From contig JANKJI020000002.1 in the NCBI GenBank assembly GCA_024626585.2, positions 31,642,430 through 31,664,580 of the forward strand: 22,151 nt of DNA, given 5' to 3'. This stretch comes from Ginkgo biloba. Its lineage: Eukaryota; Plantae; Ginkgophyta. The notes beneath the pieces were generated by a model that did not search any database, was not told where the DNA came from, and was given only the letters and a program-made list of their open reading frames with translations. Below are positions 21,740 through 22,151 of the stretch, piece by piece. Within the stretch, counting starts at the first letter, position 1; each line of letters begins with the position of its first letter. The position numbers and the translations under genes are program-made.

Positions 21740-22151
21740 TCGCACTTTCAACACCTCTTAATCTTAGTTTCATTGTTTCTTGGGATTGTCATTTGTATTA
21801 TTAACATTTCGTCAAGCTTGTTGCCCTCATGAATCTAAAAAAGAGAAAATCTTTAAGATGGAACAAAGAGGCTCATTACAAATTTAGGACATCAAATCAA
21901 ATTTTACAAGCACTCTAAATCTCACTATTCATGATTATAGACAACCTTTTATTGTCACATTAGATGGAAATGGACATGCTAGTGGAGCAACTATGATGTC
22001 TAATGGATAGGCGATATCGTAAGAGATCAAGAACTTCAACTGGCAACAGGATTGACCAATCCATAAAAAGGAATTTTGTGGGCACTTGTATATTTTAAAT
22101 CTGGCAAACATTATCAAGATAGTTCGAAACATTTGTTGGCATAAAGCTGAC
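21740..22151 (+). mobile_element. Decayed Ty3/gypsy RT-RNase H fragment, continuing past the window end
   Basis: HCFLGL..LRWNKEAHYKF..TIHDYRQPFIVTLDGNGHASGATMMSNG*AIS*EIKNF..PIHKKEF matches PDFxxPFxVxTDASxxAxGAVLxQxGxPIAYESKK..YPIHEKEL. Confidence 0.85.

Overview
AT-rich, gap-riddled draft-assembly DNA from a land-plant nuclear genome. The TGGTATCAGAGC primer-binding site is the plant tRNA-iMet type and the introns are U-rich GT-AG; the species cannot be determined from the sequence. Most of the window is a nested graveyard of decayed transposons, recognised by hand translation across stops and frameshifts: Ty3/gypsy gag (~4.7-5.65 kb), two gypsy pol remnants (~7.0-9.2 kb and ~21.7-22.15 kb), a younger LTR+PBS end (~16.2-17.3 kb), LINE remnants (~1.1-2.2 kb and ~11.5-12.0 kb), a Mutator-like SWIM fragment (~17.4-18.4 kb), two hAT fragments (~19.35-19.6 kb and ~20.7-21.4 kb), a MITE-like element and several tandem or inverted repeats. 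One probable host gene starts at ~9.5-10.5 kb, with a spliced 5' UTR and a first coding exon resembling an organellar transit peptide; the rest of it is lost in a 904-N gap. A unique-looking 12.0-14.35 kb segment carries splice signals on both strands. I see no intact long ORF and no convincing novel biological system. The best leads are the unidentified gene and a possible antisense spliced transcript.
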